From: Octopus vulgaris
Taxonomy: Eukaryota
DNA length: 64,000 nt
Reading direction: 5' to 3'
NCBI GenBank assembly: GCA_951406725.2
Contig: OX597833.1
Location: 56,110,001 to 56,174,000, forward strand
The position numbers were made by a program, and so were the translations under genes. The notes under the pieces were generated by a model that was not told where the DNA came from, did no database searches, and saw only the letters and a program-made list of their open reading frames with translations. This document shows positions 1 through 12,525 of this stretch, piece after piece. Positions within the stretch are counted from its first letter, which is position 1; each line of letters opens with the position of its first letter.

Positions 1-218
1 CTCTCCACGCCACCAGTGTTATCCAAGGGAAAGGCAAAGGGTCCAATACAGCTTGGCACCTGTGACGTCGCAACTCATTTCTACAGCTGAGTGAACTGGA
101 GCAATGTGAAATAAAGTGTCTTGCTCAAGAACACAACACGCAATCCGGTCCAGGATTTGAGCTCACAACCTCACGATCGTAAGCTTGACGCTCCAACCAC
201 TGAGCCATCTGCCCTCAC
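1..218 (-). mobile_element. tRNA-derived SINE (family C), runs off the window start
   Basis: Reverse complement matches the copy at 55078-55260: head with A-box GGCTCAGTGG and B-box-like sequence, then the TTCTTGAGCAAGACACTTTATTTCAC core. Confidence 0.75.
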
Positions 219-224
219 TATATA

Positions 225-441
225 CAGTAATTCCTCGCTATATCGTGGTTCACCTATTGCGATTTATTATTTAAGCTTGTGTTGATTCCTCTGTGGTGTT
301 GTTTTGCATTTATAATAAAAGAAATATATACAAATTATAAAAATAATTAAAAATATATACAGTCTGTTTCTACTTCGCAAATTTTTCACCTATCAAGGTG
401 GGTTTTGGAACGTAACACCTGCAATAGTCAAGAGATTACTG
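225..441. mobile_element. Tc1/mariner (pogo/Tigger-type) MITE
   Basis: TA flanks at 223-224 and 442-443; degenerate TIRs CAGTAATTCCTCGCTAT / ATAGTCAAGAGATTACTG. Confidence 0.7.
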
Positions 442-461
442 TATTTTAATTTATATGATAT

Positions 462-817
462 TGTTATTTCGGATGTTGTACTATGTTTAAATGTATTTGA
501 TTTCGTTATTCGAATTGTGTTATGTTTAAATGCATTGATTGTTTTTTCGAACTCTGTGTATGATCTGTTAAATGTTTTTTAAATGTATCTGAAATGTATT
601 ACGTTTAATTGATGTTGTAAAAATTGTATAAATTGTGTTAAATGTAAGCAACTGCCTTCGCTGTCTCTCTTCCTTTGTTGTTGTTTTCTCCGGTCACTGG
701 TTTGCGTTCGCTGCCCACCCCCGCTTTCTGTGGTGGATTTCTGATTTGACTGAGCGTAGTCGTCGTCGCTCGACTTAGGGGTCCTGAGTCTGAGTTGATC
801 GACGGCAGGTCATAACA
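462..817. mobile_element. candidate solo LTR
   Basis: Termini TGTTAT...ATAACA are inverted (TG..CA), flanked by ATAT direct repeats at 458-461 and 818-821; the interior is partly CpG-rich, unlike the flanks. Confidence 0.6.
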
Positions 818-1277
818 ATATAAATAGTAATTACACAAACTAAAACTTGTCTTCGTTCAGTTGGTCCTATAATTGACTGTACATGTCTGCAAACTGAAAA
901 ATAATAGAATGACTCTGGAGATTAATAATTTATATTCATGTTTTTTAATAACTACTTGTATTATTATCTTATATGCATTGAATAATATACTATATGTATG
1001 TATGTTATTATGGTTGTCGTTTTGATAAATAAATAAGTCAACATTTTAATATCCTAAAGCTGATGAACCAACTAATGTGCTTCTCCATTTTCTTTTTTTG
1101 TAATATAAATTAATGGTAAAATATTTATTTACCTTCACCCATTTAATACAATAAGTAAGTTTATTGCATTGCAGTTAAAAATACTTGTGTATTAATGATT
1201 GGGTATTATACCAACAGTATATTGGATAAATATTATCCCTTAGTGGGTTGGATCCACAACCCCTAACTTTCTTGAAG

Positions 1278-1320
<43 letters not shown>

Positions 1321-1507
1321 GAATTAGAGATAAAACCACTATTATGCAACTCAAACAGTGATAGACATAAACCAATACATAAATAACAAATAATATATAT
1401 ATATAATTATACTTATAATTTTTTTAATAAATATATAACTTATAACTAGATCTCAAAAAATATAAAATGAATGATAAATCTATAATATAATAAGTAAAAA
1501 CACTATG

Positions 1508-1600
1508 TATGTTTCATGGCTACAATTAAATTCAAATTACAATTAAGTTTAAATTCAATTGAAATAAATTTGAATTAAAATTATAGTCAATCTTCAGGTT
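1508..1600 (-). ncRNA. degenerate hammerhead-like motif with long AT-rich stem II
   Basis: Minus strand: CTGAAGA-t-TGACTATAATT...AATTGTAGCCA-t-GAAA-ca-TA. Stem I is not recognisable. Confidence 0.35.
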
Positions 1601-2363
1601 AATGATAATAGTTAAATAAATAATCAAATAGAATTAAACAATATTTATTTAAGAAATAAATAAAATAATAATTTTTCTTATAGAAAAAACTCCATTAACT
1701 AAACTAGAAACTTAAAACATTAGATTATTTCCTACAACACATTTATTATGTTAAATATTTATTTTTACGGTAAAAAATATATATAGAAATATGTATTTAT
1801 AGAAACTAGTGATGTTCTGTACTCTAATGTAAATGATAGAAGATATCAGCTGAAACAATGTGAAGCACCAATAAATTGAATACAGAATGCTGTGTTCCAT
1901 AGTGTAATCAGTAATGCTGTCTTCCAACAAGACAGAGATCTCTGGATGAAGTCCCACCAGCATGCTTGTTGCTCTTGTCTGTCTCAAATTTGTACTTAGA
2001 AATTCCAGGTTGGTGTTCAGTGTGCTGGAAGATTGCTGGGAGTGAGGCACCCCATAGCTTTTGTTAAGGCCTGTCTCTAGAACCTGCTGCAAACCCAGGC
2101 TACATCTTCAATAATCAGCAGTGACTTGGTCAGTGAATCCTCTGAGACAGTCAACAGTCAATGGGAAGATGAGCAGCTACAGATAACACCATCCCAATGT
2201 GACTGGGGATCACATGTGAATTTGTATTCATATTGAAACTCCAAATATGATTGAAGCCAGCTAGGCCCATCCTGAGTGAATGCCACTGCAAGAACAAGTA
2301 GTAAGTTATAATGACTAGTATCAACCAATTAAAAATATAATTATTTTATTTTTTTTTGTACAG

Positions 2364-2606
2364 GGAAGGTTTTCATAGTTCTCTGTTCAGAATATGTTAT
2401 GGCTAAAGACCCAGGGAATGATTCCGATGTCGAAGCTGCAGACCTGGCAATGCAATTTAAACTGGGATGGTTTGCACATCCCATCTACATCAATGGTGAT
2501 TATCCTTCAGCTATGAAAAACAAGGTTCTTCTTCTCAGCCAGCAAGAAGGATTAAAGAATTCTCGACTCCCAGAGTTTTCTGAAGAAGATAAGAAATTTC
2601 TCAAAG
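2364..2606 (+). CDS. glycoside hydrolase family 1 beta-glucosidase (lactase/myrosinase-like), internal exon; earlier exons not identified in this window
   Basis: Acceptor ttttgtacag|, donor |gtgagt. Encodes GKVFIVLCSEYVMAKDP...QFKLGWFAHPIYINGDYP...SRLPEFSEEDKKFLKG, typical GH1 motifs. Confidence 0.93.
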
Positions 2607-2820
2607 GTGAGTTTAAGGCATAGGTGTGGCTGTGTGGGTGAGAAGCTTGCTTCCCAATGAAGTGGTCTCAGGTTCAGTTTTACTATGTGGCATTCTGTTA
2701 TAGCCCTGGGCTTACTAAAACCTTGTGGATTTAATTGCTGAAAACTGAAAGAAGTCCATTACATGTATATCATTATCTTCATTATTTAACGTCCTCTTTC
2801 CATGCTGGCATCTCTCTTTT

Positions 2821-3214
2821 TCTCTCTTTTACTTGTTTCAGTCATTTGACTGCGGCCATGCTGGAGCACCGCATTTAGTCAAGCAAATCGACCCCAGGAC
2901 TTATTCTTTGTAAGCCCAGTACTTATTCTATCAGTCTCTTTTGCTGAACCACTAAGTTACGGGGACGTAAACACACCAGCGTCAGTTGTCAAGCAATGTT
3001 GGGGGAGACAAACACAGACACACACACACACACACACACATACATATATACGACAGGCTTCTTTCAGTTTCCGTCTACCAAATCCACTCACAGGCTTTGG
3101 TTGGCGCAAGGCTATAGTAGAAGATACTTGCCCAAGGTGCCACGCAGTGGGACTGAACCCAGAACCATGTGGTTGGTAAGCAAGTTACTTACCATGCTTG
3201 CCACTCCTGTGCCT
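2821..3214 (-). mobile_element. tRNA-derived SINE family A (~410 bp, most abundant here)
   Basis: Near-identical to many copies in the window: head GGAGTGGCTGTGTGGTAAG...GGTTCAGTCCC, internal (TA)/(TG)n, tail GAAACAAGTAAAAGAG. Confidence 0.85.
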
Positions 3215-3432
3215 GATGAGGAAGTATGAATAACATCACGAAACTCAGATTATTTTTAGTACTTAGTTTACATACTCCAAGAAAGCCTTTATGTAGTTGA
3301 TCTACTCGCTAGACATAACAGCCAGTATCCTTCAGGCTCCCTGTAAGTACAAATGTGCCATTAGATTGTACAAAATAGAAACAAGATAGTAACATCCAGA
3401 ACTGCTTTGATTGTAAGTCTTTTTCATCAGAG

Positions 3433-3840
3433 CTCTCTTTACTCTTTTACTTGTTTCAGTCATTTGACTGCGGCCATGCTGGAGCACCGCCTTTAATTGA
3501 GCAACTCGACCCCGGGACTTATTCTTTGTAAGCCCAGTACTTATTCTATCTTTCTCTTTTGCCATACCGCTCAGTGACGGGGACATAAACACACCAGCTT
3601 CGGTTGTCAAGCAATGCTAGGGGGACAAACACAGACATACAAACATATACACACATACATATATATACATATATACGACAGGCTTCTTTCAGTTTCCGTC
3701 TACCAAATCCACTCACAAGGCTTTGGTTGGCCCGAAGCTATAGTAGAAGACACTTGCCCAAGGTGTCACGCAGTGGGACTGGACCCGGAACCATGTGGTT
3801 GGTTAGCAAGCTACTTACCACACAGCCACTCCTGCGCCTA
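3433..3840 (-). mobile_element. SINE family A, full-length
   Basis: Same sequence as 57013-57430 in reverse. Confidence 0.88.
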
Positions 3841-4186
3841 TATCAATAACTTCTTTGGCAGGAAGAATAGGTAATCCCAGGGAGATGTGCTGTAAACTTT
3901 ATATGCCAGAGCCACGTGCAGCTTAGTGTGTCACTCATAAACACACACATCACTAACCAATAGGCTCTAACCAATAGGCCGTGTGCCTCCACATTGGATA
4001 ATGTTGTCTAAAGTAAATATTGAATAGAAAAAAATTAAACAAAAAGATTTGATAGTCATGGCTGGAATGTCTTTTGAATATATGTCTGCTCAATCAGGGC
4101 TAACATGAGCTAAAAAAAAAACAACTAACCCTAACAGAATTTGAACTCAGAATGTATAGAAAGTAAATACTGTAAGGCATTAGTGA

Positions 4187-4220
<34 letters not shown>

Positions 4221-4265
4221 GGCAGAAGAGGTGGAAATAATTTGTTTCTATTGATTTCTTTCCAG

Positions 4266-4401
4266 GTACGTCAGATATATTTGGTATGAACGTCTATACA
4301 GCTAGACTGGCAGAATATCAACAGAGAGATAATCCTCCTTCGCAACCATCTTTAGATTTGGATGAAATTGTTAAACTTTCAGTTGATCCTAAATGGACTG
4401 A
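4266..4401 (+). CDS. GH1 beta-glucosidase, internal exon (missed by the ORF track)
   Basis: Acceptor ttctttccag|, donor |gtatgt. Encodes (G)TSDIFGMNVYTARLAEYQQRDNPPSQPSLDLDEIVKLSVDPKWT, matching the GH1 DFxGxNxYT motif; phases fit both neighbours. Confidence 0.92.
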
Positions 4402-4605
4402 GTATGTATAATTCTTTTAACAAATTTTATATCTGAGTATTTTTTTTCCTCTTCATACTAAAAATAATTCTCACGCTGAAGTATTGCAGATACTACACAT
4501 GCAGACATCCTATGCCACGTTCCTCAAAATAGCCACCTGATTAACTGGTTTGGAACTGCTCTTCCATACCTCTTGTCCACAGACATTGATTAATCCCTTC
4601 ACTCC

Positions 4606-5024
4606 CTTATTTCTTTATTTCCCACAAGGAACTAAACATAGAGGGGACAAACAAGGACAGACAAACAGATTAAGTCGATTACATCGACCCCAGTGAGTAA
4701 CTGGTACTTAATTTATCGACCCCAAAATGGTGAAAGGCAAAGTCGACCTCAGTGGAATTTGAACTCAGAACGTAATGGCAAATGAAATACCACTAAGCAT
4801 TTCGCCCGGCGTGCTAACAATTCTTATTTCTTTATTGCCCACAAGGGGCTAAACATAGAGGGGACAAACAAGGACAGACAAAGGGGTTAAATCAATTAGA
4901 TCTACCCCAGTGCATAACTGGTACTTAATTTATTGACCCCGAAAGGATGAAAGACAAAGTCAACCTCGGCGGGATTTGAACTCAGAACATAAAGGTAGAC
5001 TTTTCTGCCAGCTTGCCGCCTTAA
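4606..5024 (-). mobile_element. two tandem copies of SINE family D
   Basis: TTCTTTATTGCCCACAAGGGGCTAAACATAGAGGGGACAAACAAGGACAG... repeated; same as 35957-36193 and 39061-39298; B-box-like GAGTTCAAATTCC on minus. Confidence 0.8.
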
Positions 5025-5034
5025 TCCCTTCACT

Positions 5035-5330
5035 CCCTGGCTTAGTGGTTAGAACATTCAGCTCACACTCGCAAGGTCACGAGTTTGATTCCTGGAAACA
5101 CAAGACACTTTATTTCATGTTGCTTCTGTCCACTCAGCTGGCAAAAATGAGTAGTACCCGTATTTCAAAGGGCTTATCTTGTCACATTCTGCATCATGCT
5201 GAAACTCCCTGAGGACAACATTAAAGGTATGCATGTCTGTGGAGTGCTCAGCCACTTGCAGACTAATTTCACAAGCAAGATGTTCTATTGATAGGATCAA
5301 CTGGAACTCTCCTTGGTGTAACTGACAGGT
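5035..5330 (+). mobile_element. degenerate chimeric SINE (family C-like head, family B-like tail)
   Basis: TGGCTTAGTGGTTAGA head and CAAGACACTTTATTTCA core, followed by the GTATTTCAAAGGG...GTGCTCAGCCACTT tail also seen at 58441-58623. Confidence 0.6.
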
Positions 5331-5538
5331 ATGCGAATTTTAATATACGTTTCTGACAGCTCGCCACCTTTCAATTCTGTCAGTTTACAAGCGGCCCTCA
5401 AAAAACTTTCTGTGATTAAAGTGGACTGCAATGTAATTCAAGTTGGCCAGGCCTAATTTAGAGGTCTTCTCATTGGCACTCTCAAGCATATATGCTTAGA
5501 CATGATACCTAATGACAAATGGAGACTAAACCATTTAA

Positions 5539-5760
5539 CCCTTTCGTTACCAACCCGGCCAAAACCAGCTCTGGCTCTGTAGTACAAATATCTTGTTTAC
5601 ATAAGTTTTGCATTAAAATATACCACCAAACCTTAGTCGCAATTTATATTCCTAACACTAGCTTAATGATAACTAAAGTTATTTTACTAAATTCTTTGTT
5701 GTATTTAAAGTAATTGAAAGAAACACAGAGCATCTCAAAATAAATACAGTAACGAAAGGG
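5539..5760. mobile_element. piggyBac-type MITE (monomer)
   Basis: TTAA target duplications at 5535-5538 and 5761-5764; perfect 12-bp TIRs CCCTTTCGTTAC / GTAACGAAAGGG. Confidence 0.85.
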
Positions 5761-5830
5761 TTAAACAGTAGTCACCATAAAAGAAGATTGTCACTTCTAA
5801 ATTTGGTTTGTGTTACTCTACAAATTTAGA

Positions 5831-6175
5831 CAGGCATGGCTGTGTAATAAGAAGCTTGCTTCACAACAACACAGTTCCAAGTTCGATCCCACTGAGTGGC
5901 ACCTTGGGTAAGTGTCTTCTACAATAGCCTCAGGCTGACCAAAGCCTTGTCAGTGAATTCGGTAGATGTGTGTGTGTGTGTCTACCTTCCACTGTTTGAC
6001 AACTGGCGTTAGTATGTTTATGTCCCAGTAACTTAGCAGTTTAGCAAAAGAGACTGACAGAATATGTACCAGGCTTAAACAAAAGTAGTGGGGTCAATTC
6101 ATTTGAATAAAAGTTCTTCAGGGCAGTGCCCCAGCATGGCTGTAGTCTAATGACTAAAACAATCAAAAAATAAAA
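5831..6175 (+). mobile_element. SINE family A, diverged
   Basis: CAGGCATGGCTGTGT...GTTCGATCCCACTGAGTGGCACCTTGGG head and AGCATGGCTGTAGTCTAATGACT tail. Confidence 0.75.
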
Positions 6176-6237
6176 GATGTTTTTTTTGTTTTTTTTTTTA
6201 TATTTCTCTTTTTTTTTTTTCGTTCCTAACATACCAG

Positions 6238-6422
6238 TTGTGGCTCAATTTGGTTATACATCATCCCTTCAAGCATGCGGAAAATTCTTAATTGGATTAA
6301 AAAGGAATACAATTCTCCTGAGGTGCTTTTGACGGAAACAGGTTTCATGGATAAAACAGGCAGCTTAGATGATGAACACCGTGTGAACTCTTTCAAACTT
6401 TACATCAATGAAGTGCTGAAAG
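6238..6422 (+). CDS. GH1 beta-glucosidase, exon with catalytic nucleophile
   Basis: Long pyrimidine tract then ccag|, donor |gtaagt. Encodes (D)CGSIWLYIIPSSMRKILNWIKKEYNSPEVLLTETGFMDKTGSLDDEHRVNSFKLYINEVLK. Confidence 0.93.
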
Positions 6423-6557
6423 GTAAGTATTTCTTGCAAGGTGGAAAGAAGGATTGTTATTCATGTGGACACTTTCAAAAGTGTATGTGCATGTGTGTCT
6501 GAGTGGATGGATGGATGGATGTAAGTATGCATTCATGCATGGATGTATGCATGCATG

Positions 6558-7202
6558 CATCATCATCGTTTAACGTCCGCTTTCCATGCTATCATGGGTT
6601 GGACGATTTGACTGAGGACTGGCAAACCAGATGGCTGCACCAGGCTCCAATCTGATCTGGCAGAGTTTCTACAGCTGGATGCCTTTCCTAACGCCAACCA
6701 CTCCGAGAGTGTAGTGGGTGCTTTTACGTGCCACTGGCATGAGGGCCAGTCAGGAAGTACTGGCAACGGCCATGCTCAAATGGTGTTTTTTACGTGCCAC
6801 CTGTGCAGGAGCCAGTCCAGTGGCACTGGCAACGACCTTGCTCGAATGTTTTCTCATGTGCCACCGGCACAAATGCCAGTAAGGTGACACTGGCAACAAT
6901 TTCGCTCGAATGGTGCTTTTTACGTACCACTGGTACAGAAGCCAGTTAGCTGCTCTGGCAACAATCATGCTCGGATGGTTCTCTTAGCGCTCCACTAGCA
7001 CGGATGCCAGTCATTGAATTTGATTTCGATTTCACTTGCCTGAACAGGTCTTCACAAGCAGAGTTTAGTGTCCAATGAAGGAAAGGTACGCATACGTGGG
7101 CTGGTTACACCCCTGGCATAGGCCATGAAGTTATGGTCTCACTTGGCTTGCTGGGTCTTCTCAAGCACAGAATATTTCCAAAAGTCTCGGTCACTAGTCA
7201 TT
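6558..7202 (-). mobile_element. non-autonomous retroposon family E with (GAT)n tail and internal ~60-bp tandem repeats
   Basis: CATCATCATCGTTTAACGTCCGCTTTCCATGCT... shared with 49598, 51677, 59628 and 22548; repeated TTTTACGTGCCACYGGCA...CTGGCAAC unit. Confidence 0.7.
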
Positions 7203-7622
7203 GTATGTATGCTGTGCATATTATAGAAAATAAATTACTCACTCAGAGAAATTAATCACAGGTACAGGCTTGACCGTGTGGTTAAGAAGTTTGTTTGAAA
7301 ACCATTGAGTTTCAGGTTCAGTTCCACTGCATGATACCTTGGCCAAGTACTATAACATCTCATCACCACCACTGCCTTCTTTCAAGCTACTCCTACTCTT
7401 ATACGATGCAAAGTAGCCATGTATCTCCCGTGTAGCAAGATATTTATGTCTATCCTTCTATCATACTATAGCCTCTCAACACCTGGCCTAAAGCCACTGC
7501 TCTCTCTATTACAGCTTCATTCAGATAGTTGATTTTTCTTTTGTTTTTGTTTTGTTTTTTTAGTAAGCTAGTTATTTGACTAATAAAGAATTTCTTGTCT
7601 TTCTCTCTTTTTCTCCTTCTAG

Positions 7623-7828
7623 CTGTGACACTGGATGAATGCAATGTAATTGGCTTTACTGCTTGGTCACTTTTGGACAATTTTGAATGGAATTTTGGAT
7701 ATTCAGAGAAATTTGGCTTGGTCAACGTTGACTTCAGTGACGAGAACAGAACACGCAAACCAAAGAAATCTTATTATTACTATGCTGAAATAATAAAAAA
7801 CAATGGATTTTTAAAACCCCCAAAGTAG
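7623..7828 (+). CDS. GH1 beta-glucosidase, terminal coding exon
   Basis: Acceptor tccttctag|. Encodes (A)VTLDECNVIGFTAWSLLDNFEWNFGYSEKFGLVNVDFSDENRTRKPKKSYYYYAEIIKNNGFLKPPK-stop, with the WSLLDNFEW hallmark. AATAAA hexamers follow, e.g. 8451. Confidence 0.95.
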
Positions 7829-8719
7829 TTTGCACTCTACCTTATAGAATTTCAAAGTTGGTGCAAAGAATGTGGGATTTTTGGTGGGGAACAGGGGGTC
7901 ATATTTCCAATAAGCAGAAATGAAAAATTAATAATTAAACTGGTAAAAATTAAAATTACCATTTTTTTTTTTTTAAGGACAAAGATTTGGCAGAAATAGT
8001 AGAATACTGGTTTCAAATCCTGCCTGGGACAACTTTGTCTTACATCTTTTTGGAAGGAGGTTGATAGAATAAATACTAACTGTTTTTGTTGTTCAAATGA
8101 ACCATGATCAAGCAAACCTATGTGATCAAAGGCATTTCAAGCATGACTGTCTTGTAATTTTGGAGATATTTAGCTCTACATTATCCAATTTGTTCTTCTC
8201 TTTAAAATAAATGAATAGATAAAGAAAAACACAATAGGATTTAAGGAAGACTTTGCAATTATTTCTGGCAGATTGGATAATCACCTAGAGCTGTAGTTCT
8301 CAAACAATTCTTTTTTATCTGCAGCTGACTTAAAAACAAACAAAAACAGTTTGGTTCATTCTGTGCATAAATTTAAAGATAAATGTGTTAGATATACTTT
8401 AAATGTAAATAATTGAGACTAAAGCAAATTATAAAGTTCTTTATCCAGTAAATAAAGCCTAATTGTCAAAACTTCATATTTAAAATTAAAGTTTGTATTT
8501 TACACAATTTTTAATTATTTTGTGACACATCTAGGGGGTGTTGGGGGAGGGGCTGATGGAGGGGTAGCACCATTGTAGGAAGACAGATGCCACGCCCTCC
8601 GTGGGTGGTCTGACTACCTCGGTCCCCCCACATCAGCCTCAGCTCGTACATATAGCTCCTAGTAGCTGCTGGGCGCAACGGCATCGTCTTGCTGGCCAAA
8701 CTATGTATGGGTACCCATG

Positions 8720-9035
8720 CTGTGTCAGCTGGGTACTAGAAAAGCTTGGTTGCGAGATGATGCTTCGGCGAAACATCATGAAGCGGAAGCTATGGCTCTT
8801 TGGCCACGTCATGCGCCTGGATGGACTTGAGCGAATGATCATAACTGGCAAGGGGAACAGCAGATGTAAAAGAGACAGACCACCCCACTTCTTGGCTGAA
8901 AGGCATCACAGCTACAGGATTGCCTTTATTCTCAGCTGTCCATGGGGTAGAGGACAGGAGAAGGTGACAAGACATCGTGATGACCACAGCATCGCATAGT
9001 GTGACACCTGACTAGGATGATGATGATGATGATGA
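8720..9035 (+). mobile_element. RTE-clade LINE 3' remnant
   Basis: IMKRKLWLFGHVMRLDGLERMIITGK...RDRPP resembles RTE/BovB ORF C-termini; followed by a (GAT)n tail. Confidence 0.75.
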
Positions 9036-9209
9036 CGACACATCTAGCTGTATCTGACAGCACACCATAGTGCTTTGGTACAACATATGGAAACTACTGA
9101 CATAGAGACTCCTTTGTTAACTCAAAATAAATACCATTAATATACTTAAACCAGTATAATTATCAAAAACAAGAAAAAAAACTGACCTTGAACTTAGACA
9201 AAATGAATA

Positions 9210-10000
9210 TTTTATATCCTTCTCAATAAGGATTTTTCTGAATGGCATAAAGCCAGAAATTTGTAATGGTCAGCATGAATTTCCACACCCTTGTGACCCC
9301 TCAAGACCATATGGTTTTCTGACTTTGGTATTGCAATTTCTTCTGTATTCCCATGTTGTGATGTGTTGGAGGGCTGATAGCAAAGTACTTGAAATTTTCC
9401 TGCATTGAATGTTATGTTGTTTTCTTCAGTATGTGACAACAGTCCTTTTGTAGGTCTTCAATATCTCAGCAGCCTTTTTACTACTTTTAATATCTTAGTA
9501 TTATTATTAAAGATTGTGAGGTTATCTGTGATGACAACTGGAGATAAATCCATGAGTTCTGTTACAAACAATAATGGGCCAAGAGAGTTGTCTGTGGTAG
9601 ACTGCTTTCAATAGTTGGCCCTTCAGAAAGGACACCATTGCTTGCAATAACTTCGTTTTTGACTTTCAGAGAGTCAAATAGCCACTCTTCTAGTTTCCCA
9701 TCTATGCCAAAGCTATCATCAACATTGACCTGTGATCTATTTTGTAATCAATTTTCTCAAAACACCAGATATATCACATCTATATTTGATTAGACAATGC
9801 TGCAACAACAGTGTGAGAAAGGCTTCTGTCCAGACAGAAATCATATTGAGTATCAATTAGCAGTGTTATGTTCCTCTATTAACATAATTAGTTTCTTACT
9901 GATGTTTCCTTCCATGACCATACTGATATGAGAAGTCAGTGATGTAGGTTCGCAGTTTTTGACATCTACCACTGCCTCTTCCCAAATGGATAAGATATAT
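9210..10000 (-). mobile_element. degraded CR1/L2-type LINE reverse transcriptase fragment
   Basis: NNITFNAGKFQVL resembles the late RT motif; frames are broken. Confidence 0.55.
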
Positions 10001-10493
10001 CCTGCTCATTTACATGTAAATACAAGGAGAAACAAACACACACATAGGCACACACACACACATATATACACATGTGTGTCTGTGTATATATATACGTGAC
10101 AGGCTTTGCTCAGTTTCCATTTACCAAATCCACTTATAAGGTTTTGATTAGCTTAGGGCTATAGTAAAAGGCACTTGCCTAAGTTGCCATGCAATGGGAC
10201 TGAATTTGAAACCCTTACGTTTGCAAGTGAACTTCTTAACTACATAACCATGGGCTAAACATTATTGATTTGATGACATGAGTCGGATCTGTCCAGGACT
10301 CTCACCAACACATAGTTCACTGTGTGTCCAGTTGAAACTTATTCCATTAGTTCTCCAATGAATTCTAACGTTCTAACTTATCAACTCTAAATCCTTCTGA
10401 CTTTTGGTTGTGGGCCATCTTTGAGGTCAAGACAAATGCTACATCTCAGAGCAGCATCACTACTCAGAACAAAGTCATTAAGAAGACATTTAA

Positions 10494-10952
10494 CCCTTTT
10501 GTTACCAAACCGGCTCTGGCTCTGAGTACAAATGTCTTGTTTTCATAAGTTTTGGATTAAAATCTTCCACCAAACCTTAGTCACAATTTATGTTCCTAAC
10601 ACTAGCTGAATTATAACTAAGTTATTTTACTAAATTCTTTGTTATATTTAAAGTAATTGAAAGGAACACAGAGCATCTCAGCAGATATATGGTAACAAGA
10701 GGGATAAAATATATAACAGAAACAATTCTTAACCTTTTTGATACCAACCTGGCTGAAACCGGCTCTGGCTCTGAGTACAAATGTTTTGTTTTCATAAGAT
10801 TTGAATTAAAATCTTCCACCAAACCTTAGTCACATTTTCTGTTCCTAACACTAGCTGAATGATAACTAAGTTATTTTACTAAATTCTTTGTTATATTTAA
10901 AATAACTGAAAGAAACACAGAGCATCTCAAAATATATACAGTAATGAAAGGG
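10494..10952. mobile_element. dimeric piggyBac-type MITE
   Basis: Two head-to-tail copies of the 5539-5760 MITE joined by AATATATAACAGAAACAATTC; outer TTAA at 10490-10493 and 10953-10956. Confidence 0.8.
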
Positions 10953-11288
10953 TTAAGTCTACGAATGTGAGATGAAACAGAAGGTATGTTCAGACTTGCC
11001 CATTAATCAATTATAAATGTTGACGGTGGATATATATTTAATGCCATCTTGCTTTATGTCAAGACAAATAAGCTGAGAAAGTTTCATTCTATCTTTTATT
11101 TATCTTAGTTACATTCTTGGAAACTTTTCAACACAGAATCAGTTTAGTTACCTGACACGTGTGTGTGTGTGCATATATGCATGTGTGTGTGTATTTCTTT
11201 TTAATACTTGCCAATAATTAGCAAAAGTGATATATCACTTTTCTCGGTTCCTAGTGTTAATAATTAAAGCATTTTTTAAACAAAGTCA

Positions 11289-11658
11289 AGAGGAGTGGCT
11301 GTGTGGTAAGTCCCACTGTGTGGCACCTTGGCCAAGTGTCTTCTACTATAGCTTCGGGCCAACCAAAGCCTTGTGAGTGGATTTGGTGGACGAAAACTGA
11401 AAGAAGCCCGTCGTATATATGTGTATATATATGTGTGTGTGTGTGTATATATGTTTGTGTGTCTGTGTTTGTCCCCCTAACATCATTTGACAACCGATGC
11501 TGGTGTGTTTATGTCCCGTAACTTAGCAGTTCGGCAGAAGAGACCGATAGAATAAGTACTAGGCTTAACAAAGAATAAGTCCTGAGGTCGATTTGCTCGA
11601 CTAAAGGCGGTGCTCCAGCATGGTCGCAGTCAAATGACTGAAACAAGTAAAAGAGTAA
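11289..11658 (+). mobile_element. SINE family A with internal head deletion
   Basis: Matches the family consensus except that GTGTGGTAAG is fused directly to TCCCACTG. Confidence 0.85.
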
Positions 11659-12119
11659 ATGATAGATCAAACCATCTTCATTTATTTTCTTTTGCTTTCT
11701 TTTAACACTTTAATTTTCCGACTCTCAAGCGCTGACTCCAATAAAACATAGCAATTAATTTCCTGAATTAAAAGACAAACATTTCAAAATATCTTCTGAA
11801 TTTTTTTTTTTTTTTTATTGTTGACAGAAAAAGAAAAGAAATGAAACAAAACAAAAATTTTCAACTGTTCAAACAATGAACGGACTTGGAGAAAGGTCAA
11901 GTGGTTCTACACAGTAGTTCTTGTTGTCAGACGACAAATCGCTGTTAAATGACCGATGTAAGACCAGAATGGACTGAGTGTTGTTAACCTTCAATTAAGT
12001 AGAGCTGATGTTTTATGACAAGTTGGATATCAAACATTGATGTCAAAATGATGTATGAAGATGTGTTTGTATTTAAGTATTTCACAAAAAGGGTGAATGT
12101 ATGTGTTAGTGTGTGAATA

Positions 12120-12347
12120 TACTGCACACATATATATATATATATATACATATCACATACATACATAAACATACATATATATATATGTATATATACACAT
12201 AATATATATATACATATACATATATATATATATACATATATATAGATATATATATACATATATATATATACATACATATTTATATACATACATATTTATA
12301 TATATATATATAAACATATATATACATACATATTTATATATATAAAC

Positions 12348-12391
<44 letters not shown>

Positions 12392-12456
12392 TACGCATAT
12401 ATACACACATATATACATATATATATACATATGTATACACACATATATCACATATA

Positions 12457-12508
<52 letters not shown>

Positions 12509-12525
12509 GTGTGTATACACACACA
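12120..12525. repeat. (TA)n/(CA)n compound microsatellite
   Basis: Directly visible dinucleotide tract. Confidence 0.95.

Noticed and set aside
3604-3874. Recurrent ORFs ...RQASFSFRLPNPLTRLW... and ...DRLLSVSVYQIHSQGFG... seen many times
   Set aside because: Antisense translations of SINE family A, not a gene family.
6715-7010. Regularly spaced ~60-bp repeats resembling a CRISPR array (also 51840-52040)
   Set aside because: The intervening sequences are related to one another, the array is internal to a dispersed retroposon, the context is eukaryotic and there are no cas genes.
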